Shown: piece after piece, positions 7,988 to 16,915 of the stretch
How the letters are laid out: every line of letters starts with the position of its first letter
Numbering within the stretch: the first letter of the stretch is position 1
Notes under the pieces: generated by a model
The model's database searches: none
Told to the model about the DNA's origin: nothing
Seen by the model: the letters and a program-made list of their open reading frames with translations, nothing else
Source of the DNA: Candidatus Baldrarchaeota archaeon
GTDB taxonomy: Archaea; Asgardarchaeota; Baldrarchaeia; Baldrarchaeales; DXJG01
Length of the DNA: 32,000 nucleotides
Direction of reading: 5' to 3'
Assembly (NCBI GenBank): GCA_019056805.1
Contig: DXJG01000004.1
Span: forward strand, 90,001 to 122,000
Translations under genes and position numbers: made by a program

Positions 7988-9337
7988 ATGGAAAAAGTAG
8001 ATATTTATGATTTAGCCGATTTCATTGTTAAGGAAGGACTTAAACTAGGTGTAGACGAAGTTGCTGCCCTTATTCACGGAGTAGTAAAAAGACAAGTGAG
8101 ATTTTCTAACAACCAAGTAACAATAGCGAAAACTTGGGACGAAATCGTAGCTGAAGTATACATGGCTAAAAATAGAAAAATTGTTATGTGTACTGTCACT
8201 GATATTTCACAAAAATCGTTAAGGGAGACCTTAAACAAACTTGTTCACGTAGCAAATGTGGCTAAAGAATCAGAGAACTATGAAGAACTGCCAGAAGGGC
8301 CTTTCACGTACAAAAGTCTTTCTGAAACATATGATTCAAAAATTGTACAGCTTGGAGAACAAGTTGTAGGTTTTGCTGAAGAAGCGATAAAATCAGCTTT
8401 AGAAGCGGGAGGAAAACGGGTAGCTGGAACTCTTTACTCCGAATATGGCGAAACAGTGCTTGTTACATCGAGAAATGTAGAAGCTCGAGATAAAGGAACG
8501 AGAATTGAAATAACTGTAAGATCTTTTGCTGATGATGAAGGAGTAGCTCAAGGAATGGGACTATCAGTATCTCGTATTTTAAGTAAGTTCGACCCGTCGA
8601 AAGCAGGTAGAAAAGCTGGGGAAACATCAAAAATGGCCTTAAACCCGACCACAGGAAAACCTGGAACATACAATATTGTATTTGGTCCATATTGCTTTGC
8701 AAATCTGCTAGACTTTACCTCCATGGCTTTCTCAGCATTTTTTGTAGATAGCGGTTTAAGTCCCTTAGCAGATAAATTAAACAAACAAATAGCACCTGGA
8801 AAAGTTACGATAATAGATGACCCTCATTTACCTAACGGTTATAATTCTCGTTCTTTTGATGATGAGGGTGTACCTACAAGGCAAAATGAACTAATAAAGA
8901 ATGGCACTGTCAACACTTTTCTCCATAATGTAAAGACAGCTAAAAAATTCAATACGAAAACCACTGCAAACGCTGGTTGGATAGTACCTCATGCATGGAA
9001 TATTGTGTTTAAAACAGGAGACTATGGATTCGATGAATTACTAGAAGACGTAAGAAATGGCATTTTAATTGAAAACACTTGGTACACACGTTTTCAAAAC
9101 TATAGAACTGGCGACTTTTCAACAATACCCCGTGACGGAATATTCTTAGTAGAAAATGGCGAAGTGAAGAAAGCTATCAGAGGTATTAGAGTTTCAGACA
9201 ACATAGTAAAACTCTTCAACAATATTACCGGATTTACAAAGGAAACAGAACAAGTTCACTGGTGGGAAGTAGAAACTCCTGTAATAACTCCATATGTCGC
9301 AGTAAAAGACGTTAAAATCACAACAGCAACAAAATAA
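7988..9337 (+). CDS. pmbA: PmbA/TldE family protein
   Basis: RFSNNQV, FDDEGVPT, STIPRDG, IRGIRVSDN; no HExxxH. Starts 5 nt after the tldD stop at ATG 7988 (SD GGAGGT). The ORF-track extension to 7931 overlaps tldD. Confidence 0.9.
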   Translation: MEKVDIYDLADFIVKEGLKLGVDEVAALIHGVVKRQVRFSNNQVTIAKTWDEIVAEVYMAKNRKIVMCTVTDISQKSLRETLNKLVHVANVAKESENYEELPEGPFTYKSLSETYDSKIVQLGEQVVGFAEEAIKSALEAGGKRVAGTLYSEYGETVLVTSRNVEARDKGTRIEITVRSFADDEGVAQGMGLSVSRILSKFDPSKAGRKAGETSKMALNPTTGKPGTYNIVFGPYCFANLLDFTSMAFSAFFVDSGLSPLADKLNKQIAPGKVTIIDDPHLPNGYNSRSFDDEGVPTRQNELIKNGTVNTFLHNVKTAKKFNTKTTANAGWIVPHAWNIVFKTGDYGFDELLEDVRNGILIENTWYTRFQNYRTGDFSTIPRDGIFLVENGEVKKAIRGIRVSDNIVKLFNNITGFTKETEQVHWWEVETPVITPYVAVKDVKITTATK

Positions 9338-9379
9338 CACACAACATTTATTTTTAAACAAAGAAATAAAAAGTAGGTT

Positions 9380-9808
9380 TTATGTTTCTGGTTTCTTTAC
9401 TAGTTGTTTACTGAACGCTATTTGTATCACGTGCTTAAATATTGTTAAGAATATGGAGGCTACTACTAGATCTTTAATAAGGTTATAAGAAACACTGATG
9501 TTAATGTTTAAAGCTGGTAATCGAATAAGAGTAATCATTTCTAGAAATTTGAAGAAATACCAAAGAACTACAACATTTCGAAGTATCCCAGAAACACCGC
9601 TAATACCTGGTTTAGTGTCTTCAAAAGTTTTTTCTAAACCTGCCAATACAGCTAAGACAAACCCTATAGCCATGATCATCTCTTTATCGAAAAGTAGAAG
9701 ATAAATGCCGTAATGGCGAGCAACGTCATTTCCCAATGTTGGAAGATATCCCCATGTAATGAATATATAAATGAACTTTATAATCCCACTTTTAACTCCC
9801 AAAATCAC
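9380..9808 (-). CDS. Hypothetical multi-pass membrane protein (about 4 TM)
   Basis: 142 aa with several hydrophobic stretches. GTG start with AGGAG upstream, 6 nt after the upstream gene's stop. Confidence 0.65.
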   Translation of the reverse strand: MILGVKSGIIKFIYIFITWGYLPTLGNDVARHYGIYLLLFDKEMIMAIGFVLAVLAGLEKTFEDTKPGISGVSGILRNVVVLWYFFKFLEMITLIRLPALNINISVSYNLIKDLVVASIFLTIFKHVIQIAFSKQLVKKPET

Positions 9809-9814
9809 CCACTC

Positions 9815-10279
9815 CTAAAAGGTTTCAGTATAGTTGAGGGTAAAAGACACAAAGTTCATATCCATTAAGGACATGATTCCTTCAACTTCGATAACTATTG
9901 TCCACTCAGTAGTGCTATTAAAAATCGCTCGGCTTATTACAAAATCGAACGTCAAAGTTTTTTGTTCACCAGGATTTATGGTAAAAGTTTCTTTGTCCAA
10001 AGCTACAGGACTATTATTGCCTACAGCATCTGAATATATGTAAACTATCACGTTCATGTTTGAAAACGAAAATAAAATTCCTCTGTGCTCCAAACCTATT
10101 GTTGCCTCGACATCCACAGTTGTTGGACCTACAGTAAATACTACAGAGCCTGCAGCATCTTTAAGCCCTATATTAAGGCTTGCAGCATCGTAAGTCATTA
10201 TAGTTGAGAGAACAGAAACCCCTATACCAAACAAAATCACGATTACCTTAATTATATTGAATATCGTTCTTGCAGCCAA
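9815..10279 (-). CDS. Membrane-anchored protein: N-terminal TM helix plus beta-rich (LEA_2/WHy-like) domain
   Basis: IIKVIVILFGIGVSVLSTIM is a TM/signal anchor. FSFSNMNVIVYIY...TFTINPGEQKTLTFDFVI resembles LEA_2 beta-sandwiches. Three N-x-S/T sequons (NNS, NST, NYT). SD GGAGGT precedes the TTG. Confidence 0.6.
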   Translation of the reverse strand: MAARTIFNIIKVIVILFGIGVSVLSTIMTYDAASLNIGLKDAAGSVVFTVGPTTVDVEATIGLEHRGILFSFSNMNVIVYIYSDAVGNNSPVALDKETFTINPGEQKTLTFDFVISRAIFNSTTEWTIVIEVEGIMSLMDMNFVSFTLNYTETF

Positions 10280-10417
10280 TAGTCCTTAACCTCCAAGGTT
10301 CGTTTAGTAAATAATAAGAGTAGTAAGAAGCGAATATTTAAATTTTAAGTTCGAATTTATAGAAATAATAGCAAAATATAAAGTTAAAAATTGTAATTTA
10401 AGATGCATATTAGCACT

Positions 10418-10593
10418 TTATTTTGTGTTTTGAAGAAGTTCTTGAGCTAATACTTTAAATGCTACATTTACATTTTCGCCAGTCTTTGCAGAAGTATCTA
10501 TAGGAAGATCGCAACGCATCTAATTCAGAAATATGTCATTTAGCTCTTATCGAACTATTGTGGTCATGGTTTGTTGGTTAGTTTATTTCCTAC
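10418..10593 (-). pseudogene. Remnant of a Rab/Ras-like small GTPase (G4 and G5 motifs only)
   Basis: 10519-10418 translates MRCDLPIDTSAKTGENVNVAFKVLAQELLQNTK*, i.e. G5 (SAK-TGENV--AF) plus helix 5. VGNK (G4-like) at 10593-10582 is in another frame, 95 nt upstream of the Ser codon, with stops in between. Confidence 0.7.
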
Positions 10594-10668
10594 ATTTTTA
10601 AGCGAAGCAAATAGTATAACGGTAAAAAAATGCAAAAATGCTTTGTGAATACTAAAAGAGTCAAAGAG

Positions 10669-11451
10669 TTACGTTAAAAATTTTCTGGGGTTTCTTAGCA
10701 GCCAGGCTTCGCCTTTATCAGGCTTGTACGACCATTCTCCCTTTTTTATAAGTTTAATTCTCTTTTTTATTCTTTCTTTAATGTCATTATGATACTTTAT
10801 TGTTGAAGCAAATAGTACGAGCGCTCTAGATATAATATAGCTCTTAGCTAGATCTTCATCGTAAATATTTATTTCAACTTTTCCACCGATATTAAGCTTC
10901 TTACTATCAATAAATGCAACTTTTTTCTTAGTTGGACCGTAGTAGACGTCCCAATCGCTACCAATTGTTAGTCTATTTTCATCAATTTTAAACACGCTCA
11001 TTGGTTCTTCTTCTTTCTCCGATAAATAGGTGAAAACATAAACTTCGCCAAAACCATGTCTTCTATGAACTTTTTCGATCCAAAGGACATAATCATAGTT
11101 TGGTATTGTTGCTACAAATACAGGTATTACATCGTTTGAGCCTATACTATTCTTAAGCTCTTCAACAACGATTTCTTCAATGCTTCCAAGCCATCCACCT
11201 TCGTCTGTAAAAAGCCTCACAACAAGTCTTCCATTGAGTTCGTCGCCATCTTCACCTTTCCATGACTTTTCACGTATAGCTACAAAACCTTTACCTTTAT
11301 CATCTTCTATATACTTTCCAAAAATATCCATGTCCATTGTGAAATGTCTACTTTTCGACCTATACTGTTCTTTCTGTCTAATGCCTATTTCCTCGCCATG
11401 TAAACCTGTTTTCCAAAAGTCAATGACAAATTTCTTAATTGGTTTAACCAT
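10669..11451 (-). CDS. Hypothetical protein, probable Tubby/LURP-one/scramblase-like beta-barrel
   Basis: 260 aa, SD GGAGGT, strand-rich. The C-terminal half (SDWDVYYGPTKKKVAFIDSKKLNIGGKVEINIYDEDLAKSYIISRALVLFASTI) follows the LURP-one pattern ending in a hydrophobic core helix. The CDS is secure; the fold is inferred. Confidence 0.55.
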   Translation of the reverse strand: MVKPIKKFVIDFWKTGLHGEEIGIRQKEQYRSKSRHFTMDMDIFGKYIEDDKGKGFVAIREKSWKGEDGDELNGRLVVRLFTDEGGWLGSIEEIVVEELKNSIGSNDVIPVFVATIPNYDYVLWIEKVHRRHGFGEVYVFTYLSEKEEEPMSVFKIDENRLTIGSDWDVYYGPTKKKVAFIDSKKLNIGGKVEINIYDEDLAKSYIISRALVLFASTIKYHNDIKERIKKRIKLIKKGEWSYKPDKGEAWLLRNPRKFLT

Positions 11452-11533
11452 GAAGGTATACCTCCCTTAAAATAAGAATATCTTCCCCTTATTAATGATA
11501 CTAACAATATCCAAATCAAAAATAATATGTATT

Positions 11534-12118
11534 TTATTCTACATAGGGTAAGTTTTTCAAAGCTTCTTTTAAATCGTCAACAGCTTGTTCAATAGGTTGA
11601 ACCATAGAAGATAGCATTGCTAGAGTTGATGCATCATAGCCTCCCATTGTTGATAATATGTTAACTTCGTTCTTTAATTTCTCTAAGCTTTTAAGGACAG
11701 CTCCAAATCTAAGTAATATGATTTTCGATAAAGCTTGTCTATTTGCGAGTCTAACTTTGCCTTGGAGAATAACATTCCTCACATCTAGCTTTTTGATAGC
11801 GTTTTGCTCAAGTAGGGGCAGCGAGTTATTAATTAATTCAGTTAAGGCATAACTTAGTTCCAAGTCGTCACTATCTGTTGAAGCAATAAGCATGAAAATG
11901 TAATTATTAATAACTTCAAAAAACATTTTAAAAGATGTAGTTTGGATACGTTGAATTTTTTCTGACATATCAGGAGACAACATAGATGAGATTTTTGCTA
12001 TTGCTGCTGCAAATTCAGATGTATATTCTTCATCGGGTTGATAATTGCTATTAGGATTCTTATAGTGATATACCATTGATCGAGTCTTCATATCTACAAT
12101 ATAATACTCTAATATCAT
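11534..12118 (-). CDS. Longin-like (profilin-fold) domain protein with C-terminal coiled-coil hairpin
   Basis: MILEYYIVDMKTRSMVYHY (b1-b2), FAAAIAKISSML (a1), IQRIQTTSFKMFFEVINNYIFMLIAS (b3-b5), LELSYALTELIN (a2) gives the longin bb-a-bbb-a order. C-terminal heptads. Start set at ATG 12118 after GGTGG. Confidence 0.65.
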   Translation of the reverse strand: MILEYYIVDMKTRSMVYHYKNPNSNYQPDEEYTSEFAAAIAKISSMLSPDMSEKIQRIQTTSFKMFFEVINNYIFMLIASTDSDDLELSYALTELINNSLPLLEQNAIKKLDVRNVILQGKVRLANRQALSKIILLRFGAVLKSLEKLKNEVNILSTMGGYDASTLAMLSSMVQPIEQAVDDLKEALKNLPYVE

Positions 12119-12208
12119 ATCTAACCACCAACTTAACACAAATATTTTGCTATGATCACTTATTATAGGTTACCTTTGTTTAAGGGAAATTCGGATGTGT
12201 ATGTTTCA

Positions 12209-12769
12209 TTAGATGCTACTAGCTATTTTTCTTGATAAAGATTTTTCATCTTCCAATACAAGCTTTCTTTCTAATATTAATTCAACTATTCTTTCAAAGG
12301 GTTTCTCTACATTCACCATATTTAAAGCTGAAGTTTCAATATAATCGTCGATACGTTGCTCCATCAAAAATTTTCTAATATCTTCCCTTGAAACACTTTT
12401 CGGTAAATCCGCTTTTGTACCTATAAGCACAATTGGTATATCAGGTACATTATGCATTCTAACGAGTTCAAGCCAGTTTTCTATCGCCAAAAAAGTATCA
12501 TAAGAGGACAAGTCAAAAGCTAATAACACGCCATCTGCTCCTTTTACAGCGTAAGGATTTTCCCGGTGCATTTGCAAAAAGTTTCTACATCCTCCGAAAT
12601 CCCATATAACAAGTTTACAAGCAGCATCATTCATTTTCATAAAGTATGTAGTGAAATCTAACCCAACTGTAATATTACAGTTCATAAACTGTTTATATTT
12701 AAATGCCCTTAAAAGCGTTGTTTTACCAATTCCAGTCTCACCAACTAACAGAACTTTGAACAATTCCAT
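12209..12769 (-). CDS. Ras-superfamily small GTPase (Rab-like, divergent)
   Basis: G1 GETGIGKT, G2 TVGLDF, G3 WDFGG, G4 GTKAD, G5 ETSAL. No C-terminal Cys. SD GGTGA 6 nt before the ATG. Confidence 0.92.
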   Translation of the reverse strand: MELFKVLLVGETGIGKTTLLRAFKYKQFMNCNITVGLDFTTYFMKMNDAACKLVIWDFGGCRNFLQMHRENPYAVKGADGVLLAFDLSSYDTFLAIENWLELVRMHNVPDIPIVLIGTKADLPKSVSREDIRKFLMEQRIDDYIETSALNMVNVEKPFERIVELILERKLVLEDEKSLSRKIASSI

Positions 12770-13030
12770 TACAATTCACCTTTCAATAAGACTTTGTTTA
12801 TTTCAACTTGATTTTTAGAGTTGTCTATAGGAATAAGAAACATTCTTACACGCAAGGTTGTACATCATATATTTGTTGGTAGTAATATTTGTTATAACTA
12901 TAAATTATAGCTTGTATTAAAACTTTTCTACCAAATCTTTTTAACACCGATAAAAGGAAAACTTGCAGTCTAAAATGTTAGCAACAAAAAGATTTTTGCT
13001 CAATAAATAAGTCTTTATCCTAAAAATATA

Positions 13031-13894
13031 TTAGGTCAAGTTTTTTCCTTCTCTTTTCCTCGTTTCTTTAATTGCATCTCTAATTGGTGCATACACCTCT
13101 CTCAACGGCCACTTCAATTTAAAACCAGCAAATTGAAGTCTTGCAATGGCTGTTTCATAAGGATCAACTACTTCTTCTTCTAAATTCAAAACCAAGTTTA
13201 CATCTATTTCAGCTAGTCTTTTAATTAAGCTTGCTCTTTCCTCAGGTGTCATTATCCTCGGATCTAAACTCATAGCCGCTACATGAAAACTAACACCATA
13301 ATCCAAGAGATTTTCAATAGCTTTAAACGGTATTTCAAAACTTTCAGGAATCGCTCCAGTCTTCCTTGTAAACGCCTCCGGAGTACCAGCTTTAAGTGAA
13401 ACCCTAACATGAACTTTCTCGAACTTCGAAATTCTCCTAACATAATCCTTATCAACACCAAAAAGTATACCATTAGTCTCCAAAATAAAAAGCGGAAACT
13501 CAGAACCCTCTACATATTCTAAAAGAGATAATAAATGCTCTTTCCCCAAAGTGGGTTCAGCACCAGAAATTCTAAGCTTCTTGACACGATACTTATATGC
13601 AGCTTCCTTTAACTTCTCAAAAGCCTGTTCCGGCGAGTAAAATTCCCCTATTTTCTCCGGAAAATCCCTAGACCAACCAACCCAACAGAAAACACATCTA
13701 AGACAACACCCAACAGCATAACCCGTAGCAATTCCACCATAAACACCAGTAGCATAAAAAGCAGTATATTTACGCTCACACACACCATTCTTGATTCTTG
13801 TAACAATTTTCTCAGTTTCTTTTGCAAGTTTAACCGGATCAAAAGGCTTAAAACCCGGAGTAACATATCTAGGATATTCTGAACCAGGTTCCAA
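13031..13894 (-). CDS. Radical SAM protein (COG5014-like, function unknown)
   Basis: GGIATGYAVGCCLRCVFCW (CxxxCxxC), RISGAEP, FILETNG, VRVSLK. Confidence 0.88.
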   Translation of the reverse strand: MEPGSEYPRYVTPGFKPFDPVKLAKETEKIVTRIKNGVCERKYTAFYATGVYGGIATGYAVGCCLRCVFCWVGWSRDFPEKIGEFYSPEQAFEKLKEAAYKYRVKKLRISGAEPTLGKEHLLSLLEYVEGSEFPLFILETNGILFGVDKDYVRRISKFEKVHVRVSLKAGTPEAFTRKTGAIPESFEIPFKAIENLLDYGVSFHVAAMSLDPRIMTPEERASLIKRLAEIDVNLVLNLEEEVVDPYETAIARLQFAGFKLKWPLREVYAPIRDAIKETRKREGKNLT

Positions 13895-14036
13895 TATTTA
13901 CTCACCAAATCATACTGTTCATGAATACTTTTTATATTATTTCATAACAGCAACAAATACCTTTATCCTGTTCTCAAAAACAGATATTTTATCGAATAAG
14001 TTCATCCTGTTACAATTTTTCGAGTTTCACTTGAAG

Positions 14037-14591
14037 TTATAATTTTATTTCTTTGTAGGTGTCTTGTGTTGTGGTGAACTTGTTTCTTCCAATATGTAGG
14101 AGAGTTTTATGCTCTTTTACGTCGTAAAGTTCTTTGAAATGTTTTTCTGAAACATATGCAGCGAGAACTTTTCCTATAAAAAATGTGTGGTCACCAACTT
14201 CTATGCTATTGACAACTTTACATTCTAAATGTGCAATGCACTCCTTTATGATGGGAGCTTTAACGATTTTCGCTTTCTTAACCGTTAGTCCTGCTTCCTT
14301 AAATTTATCTAATGTTCTTCCAGATTTTCTACCACAAATAGTAACTTCTTTTGCAAGGTCAAATGTGGGTACATTTACTACAAATTCACCAGTTTCTAAG
14401 AGAAGTTTATGTGAATATCTTCCAGGCTTTATACTTATTCCCAAATATGGTGGATTAACACTTATAGGAGTTATCCATGCTACAGCAAGAACATTTTGTT
14501 TTCCATCTTTACCTACTGTTGTAACAAGAACCGTGTTACGTGGATGAAGAAGATACGGAAAATATTTAAGAGAAACTTCCTTTTTACTCAA
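14037..14591 (-). CDS. Flavin reductase family protein (DIM6/NTAB)
   Basis: HPRNTVLVTT, NVLAVAW, GEFVVNVP, APIIKECIAHLECKV, GDHTFFIGKV. Confidence 0.9.
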   Translation of the reverse strand: MSKKEVSLKYFPYLLHPRNTVLVTTVGKDGKQNVLAVAWITPISVNPPYLGISIKPGRYSHKLLLETGEFVVNVPTFDLAKEVTICGRKSGRTLDKFKEAGLTVKKAKIVKAPIIKECIAHLECKVVNSIEVGDHTFFIGKVLAAYVSEKHFKELYDVKEHKTLLHIGRNKFTTTQDTYKEIKL

Positions 14592-14812
14592 AGCTTTCCA
14601 CCTCAGAAAATAATTAATATTTTTAACAATTTTATCAATACTTAGGTTAAAGTATTAGTGGAAAATTTCGTATAAACTTTTAGGAGTAATTCTTCGCTTC
14701 CTTATGTTTTCATTGAAATTTGATATGTAATATATAAGCATAATTATATGTGGTTTCGATAGGTTCTTGAAGGGATTTAAGTAAATTGTCACCTAAGTGT
14801 CTTGGAGGACAA

Positions 14813-15613
14813 ATGTTGCATAAAGTAATATTAACTAATGATGATGGCATACGGTCACCTGGATTATTAGCATTGTATAGAGAGCTTTCAAAAATCGCTG
14901 ATGTACTAGTTGTTGCTCCAGAATCTCAGAGAAGTGGTGTAGGGAAAAGTTTGACATTTCATAAACCTATAAGAATATTTGAGTTCACCTTAGATGATAA
15001 TTCTAAAGGTTATGCTGTCTCTGGAACTCCCGCTGATGCTATACTCTTTGGTCTATCCGAACTGTTTTCTGAGCCCCCGGATCTGGTAATTTCAGGCATA
15101 AATATTGGACTAAACATTGGGATGCAATCTATCTTGACTAGTGGAACTTTGGGAGGAGTTTTAGAAGCAGCTATCTACGGGATACCTTCGATGGCATTTT
15201 CATTTGAGACAGACATTTCACACTGGTTTGCAATGCCAGAAACACTTGACCAAAAAATGTTTAAAAAACCTTCAGAGAAAGCTAGAGAAATAGTTTCAGA
15301 AATCATTGAGAAAGGCATGCCTAAAGGAGTAGATCTACTCAATGTAAATTTTCCCTCGACAGTAGATGAAAATACTCCAATTAAAATTACGAAGCCCTGT
15401 CGTTCACGTTATAAAAATAAATATGAACAACGGATAGATCCTTTTGGCAGACCTTACTATTGGATTTTCGGTATGGAAAACGAGCCAACTGATCCAGAAA
15501 CTGATTTATATGCGATTAAGGTTGAAAGAGCGATTTCTATAACACCTATTTCTCTAAAACTAACAAATAAAAATCTAATAGAAGAAACTAAAAAACACTT
15601 TAACTTCAAATAA
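14813..15613 (+). CDS. surE: 5'/3'-nucleotidase SurE
   Basis: ILTNDDG, VVAPESQRSGVG, GTPAD, LVISGINIGLN, SGTLGGVLEA, LNVNFP, DPFGRPYYW, ISITPI. ATG follows GGAGG. Confidence 0.93.
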   Translation: MLHKVILTNDDGIRSPGLLALYRELSKIADVLVVAPESQRSGVGKSLTFHKPIRIFEFTLDDNSKGYAVSGTPADAILFGLSELFSEPPDLVISGINIGLNIGMQSILTSGTLGGVLEAAIYGIPSMAFSFETDISHWFAMPETLDQKMFKKPSEKAREIVSEIIEKGMPKGVDLLNVNFPSTVDENTPIKITKPCRSRYKNKYEQRIDPFGRPYYWIFGMENEPTDPETDLYAIKVERAISITPISLKLTNKNLIEETKKHFNFK

Positions 15614-15883
15614 TTAAATATTGGTTAAGAAAAGAATCACGAGAAGCTGTAAATTTAACAGCAATCACCATATTGCGTTGCAAAAACTAGGGAGAATTAT
15701 TTGTCCAGAGGATCCTACAAAGCTGTTAGTACTAGAATATATGAGCAAAATGTTTTGTAAAACAGAAAATGTAAATAATGCAAATTTAGCAAACTATGTG
15801 AACTATAAGTTTAAAATTTATTAAGCATCCGACATAATAAATATAGATGTTCCAGCTTGGATTAAATTTGGGGAGTTGCGGCT

Positions 15884-16570
15884 TTGTGGGTATTCTTCGA
15901 TGTAGGAGGTACTCTTTTTGATGAAGAACCTTTTATCAGCCTGCTTTTTAAAGAACTACATGAAATGTTGCTAGAATACGGTGTAAAGGTTCATTTTAAT
16001 GATCTTTACGAAAAAGTTGAGGAAATTGTATTAAACAGAAAATATGAGGATCACTTTTTCATAAATGTAATAGAAAATACATGTCTTCACTTTGGACGAG
16101 ATAAAGAAATGGCCGCTTCAATTATTAGACGATATAAATCGGAACTGGCACCTCAATATCTGGATAAAATTCGTCCTTATCCAGGAGTTGAAATTGTACT
16201 TGAGAGAATGTCTAGAAAATATAAGCTTGGCATCATCGCAAATCAAAGTTTAAAAATAAGAGAATATTTAGAAGAAAAATGGAAACTTTCCCATTATTTT
16301 AAATTAATAGTGATTTCAGAGGAAGTTGGTTATCGTAAACCAAACCTAAATATATTTCTACATGCGCTTGGAGAAGCAAATTCAAGTCCTAGTAACGCTT
16401 TTATGATTGGTGACAGACTTGACTACGACATAAAACCAGCGAAGATCCTTGGAATGGGAACAATAAGAGTGAAACAAGGAATATTTTCCGTACAAAAACC
16501 AGAAACAACCATTGAAATTCCGGATTTCGAAGTATCTTGCATAAAAGACTTATTAAATCTCTTTAGGTAG
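15884..16570 (+). CDS. HAD-superfamily hydrolase (subfamily IA)
   Basis: FFDVGGTL, LGIIANQ, SEEVGYRKP, MIGDRLDYDIKPAKILGM. Confidence 0.88.
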   Translation: MWVFFDVGGTLFDEEPFISLLFKELHEMLLEYGVKVHFNDLYEKVEEIVLNRKYEDHFFINVIENTCLHFGRDKEMAASIIRRYKSELAPQYLDKIRPYPGVEIVLERMSRKYKLGIIANQSLKIREYLEEKWKLSHYFKLIVISEEVGYRKPNLNIFLHALGEANSSPSNAFMIGDRLDYDIKPAKILGMGTIRVKQGIFSVQKPETTIEIPDFEVSCIKDLLNLFR

Positions 16571-16690
16571 CTACAACTCTAACACTTTCATTACACTGTT
16601 TGATACGGATATTGTTCTAATTGGTTGAAAACATTATTTTGGATAAACTTTGACGGAAATACAGGGAGAAATCATGGTAGTGGTTGGATT

Positions 16691-16915
16691 TTACATGTAT
16701 TGTTTGAAAAGGAAGATGATAAGTCCTATGTATATTAAAATTGTTAAAATTGAGAACGTTAAAGCTGTTAAAGGAATTAGCTTATCTCTTTTCTCGTAGA
16801 GAAATTTCACTTCTAAATAAAACGAGACTAAAGCAAAGGCAAACGGTAAAGAAATCACTATTGCTACGCTTACTATTATTTTAATAAGTTCTTGAGATAT
16901 ACTTATGGGAAACAA
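16691..16915 (-). CDS. Small 2-TM membrane protein
   Basis: 74 aa with two hydrophobic helices. GGTGA lies 6 nt before the TTG. Confidence 0.6.
   Translation of the reverse strand: MFPISISQELIKIIVSVAIVISLPFAFALVSFYLEVKFLYEKRDKLIPLTALTFSILTILIYIGLIIFLFKQYM

Noticed and set aside
11534-12118. Calling the longin protein a true R-SNARE
   Set aside because: No TM anchor or prenylation motif, no clear zero-layer Arg, and the helix is interrupted by a GG turn.
15621-15824. 67-aa ORF between surE and the HAD gene
   Set aside because: No SD, no recognisable motif and Asn-rich low-information composition. It may be a gene remnant, but I cannot support it.
16674-16799. 41-aa plus-strand ORF with an upstream GGAG
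   Set aside because: Antisense to the better-supported 2-TM gene and without recognisable features.
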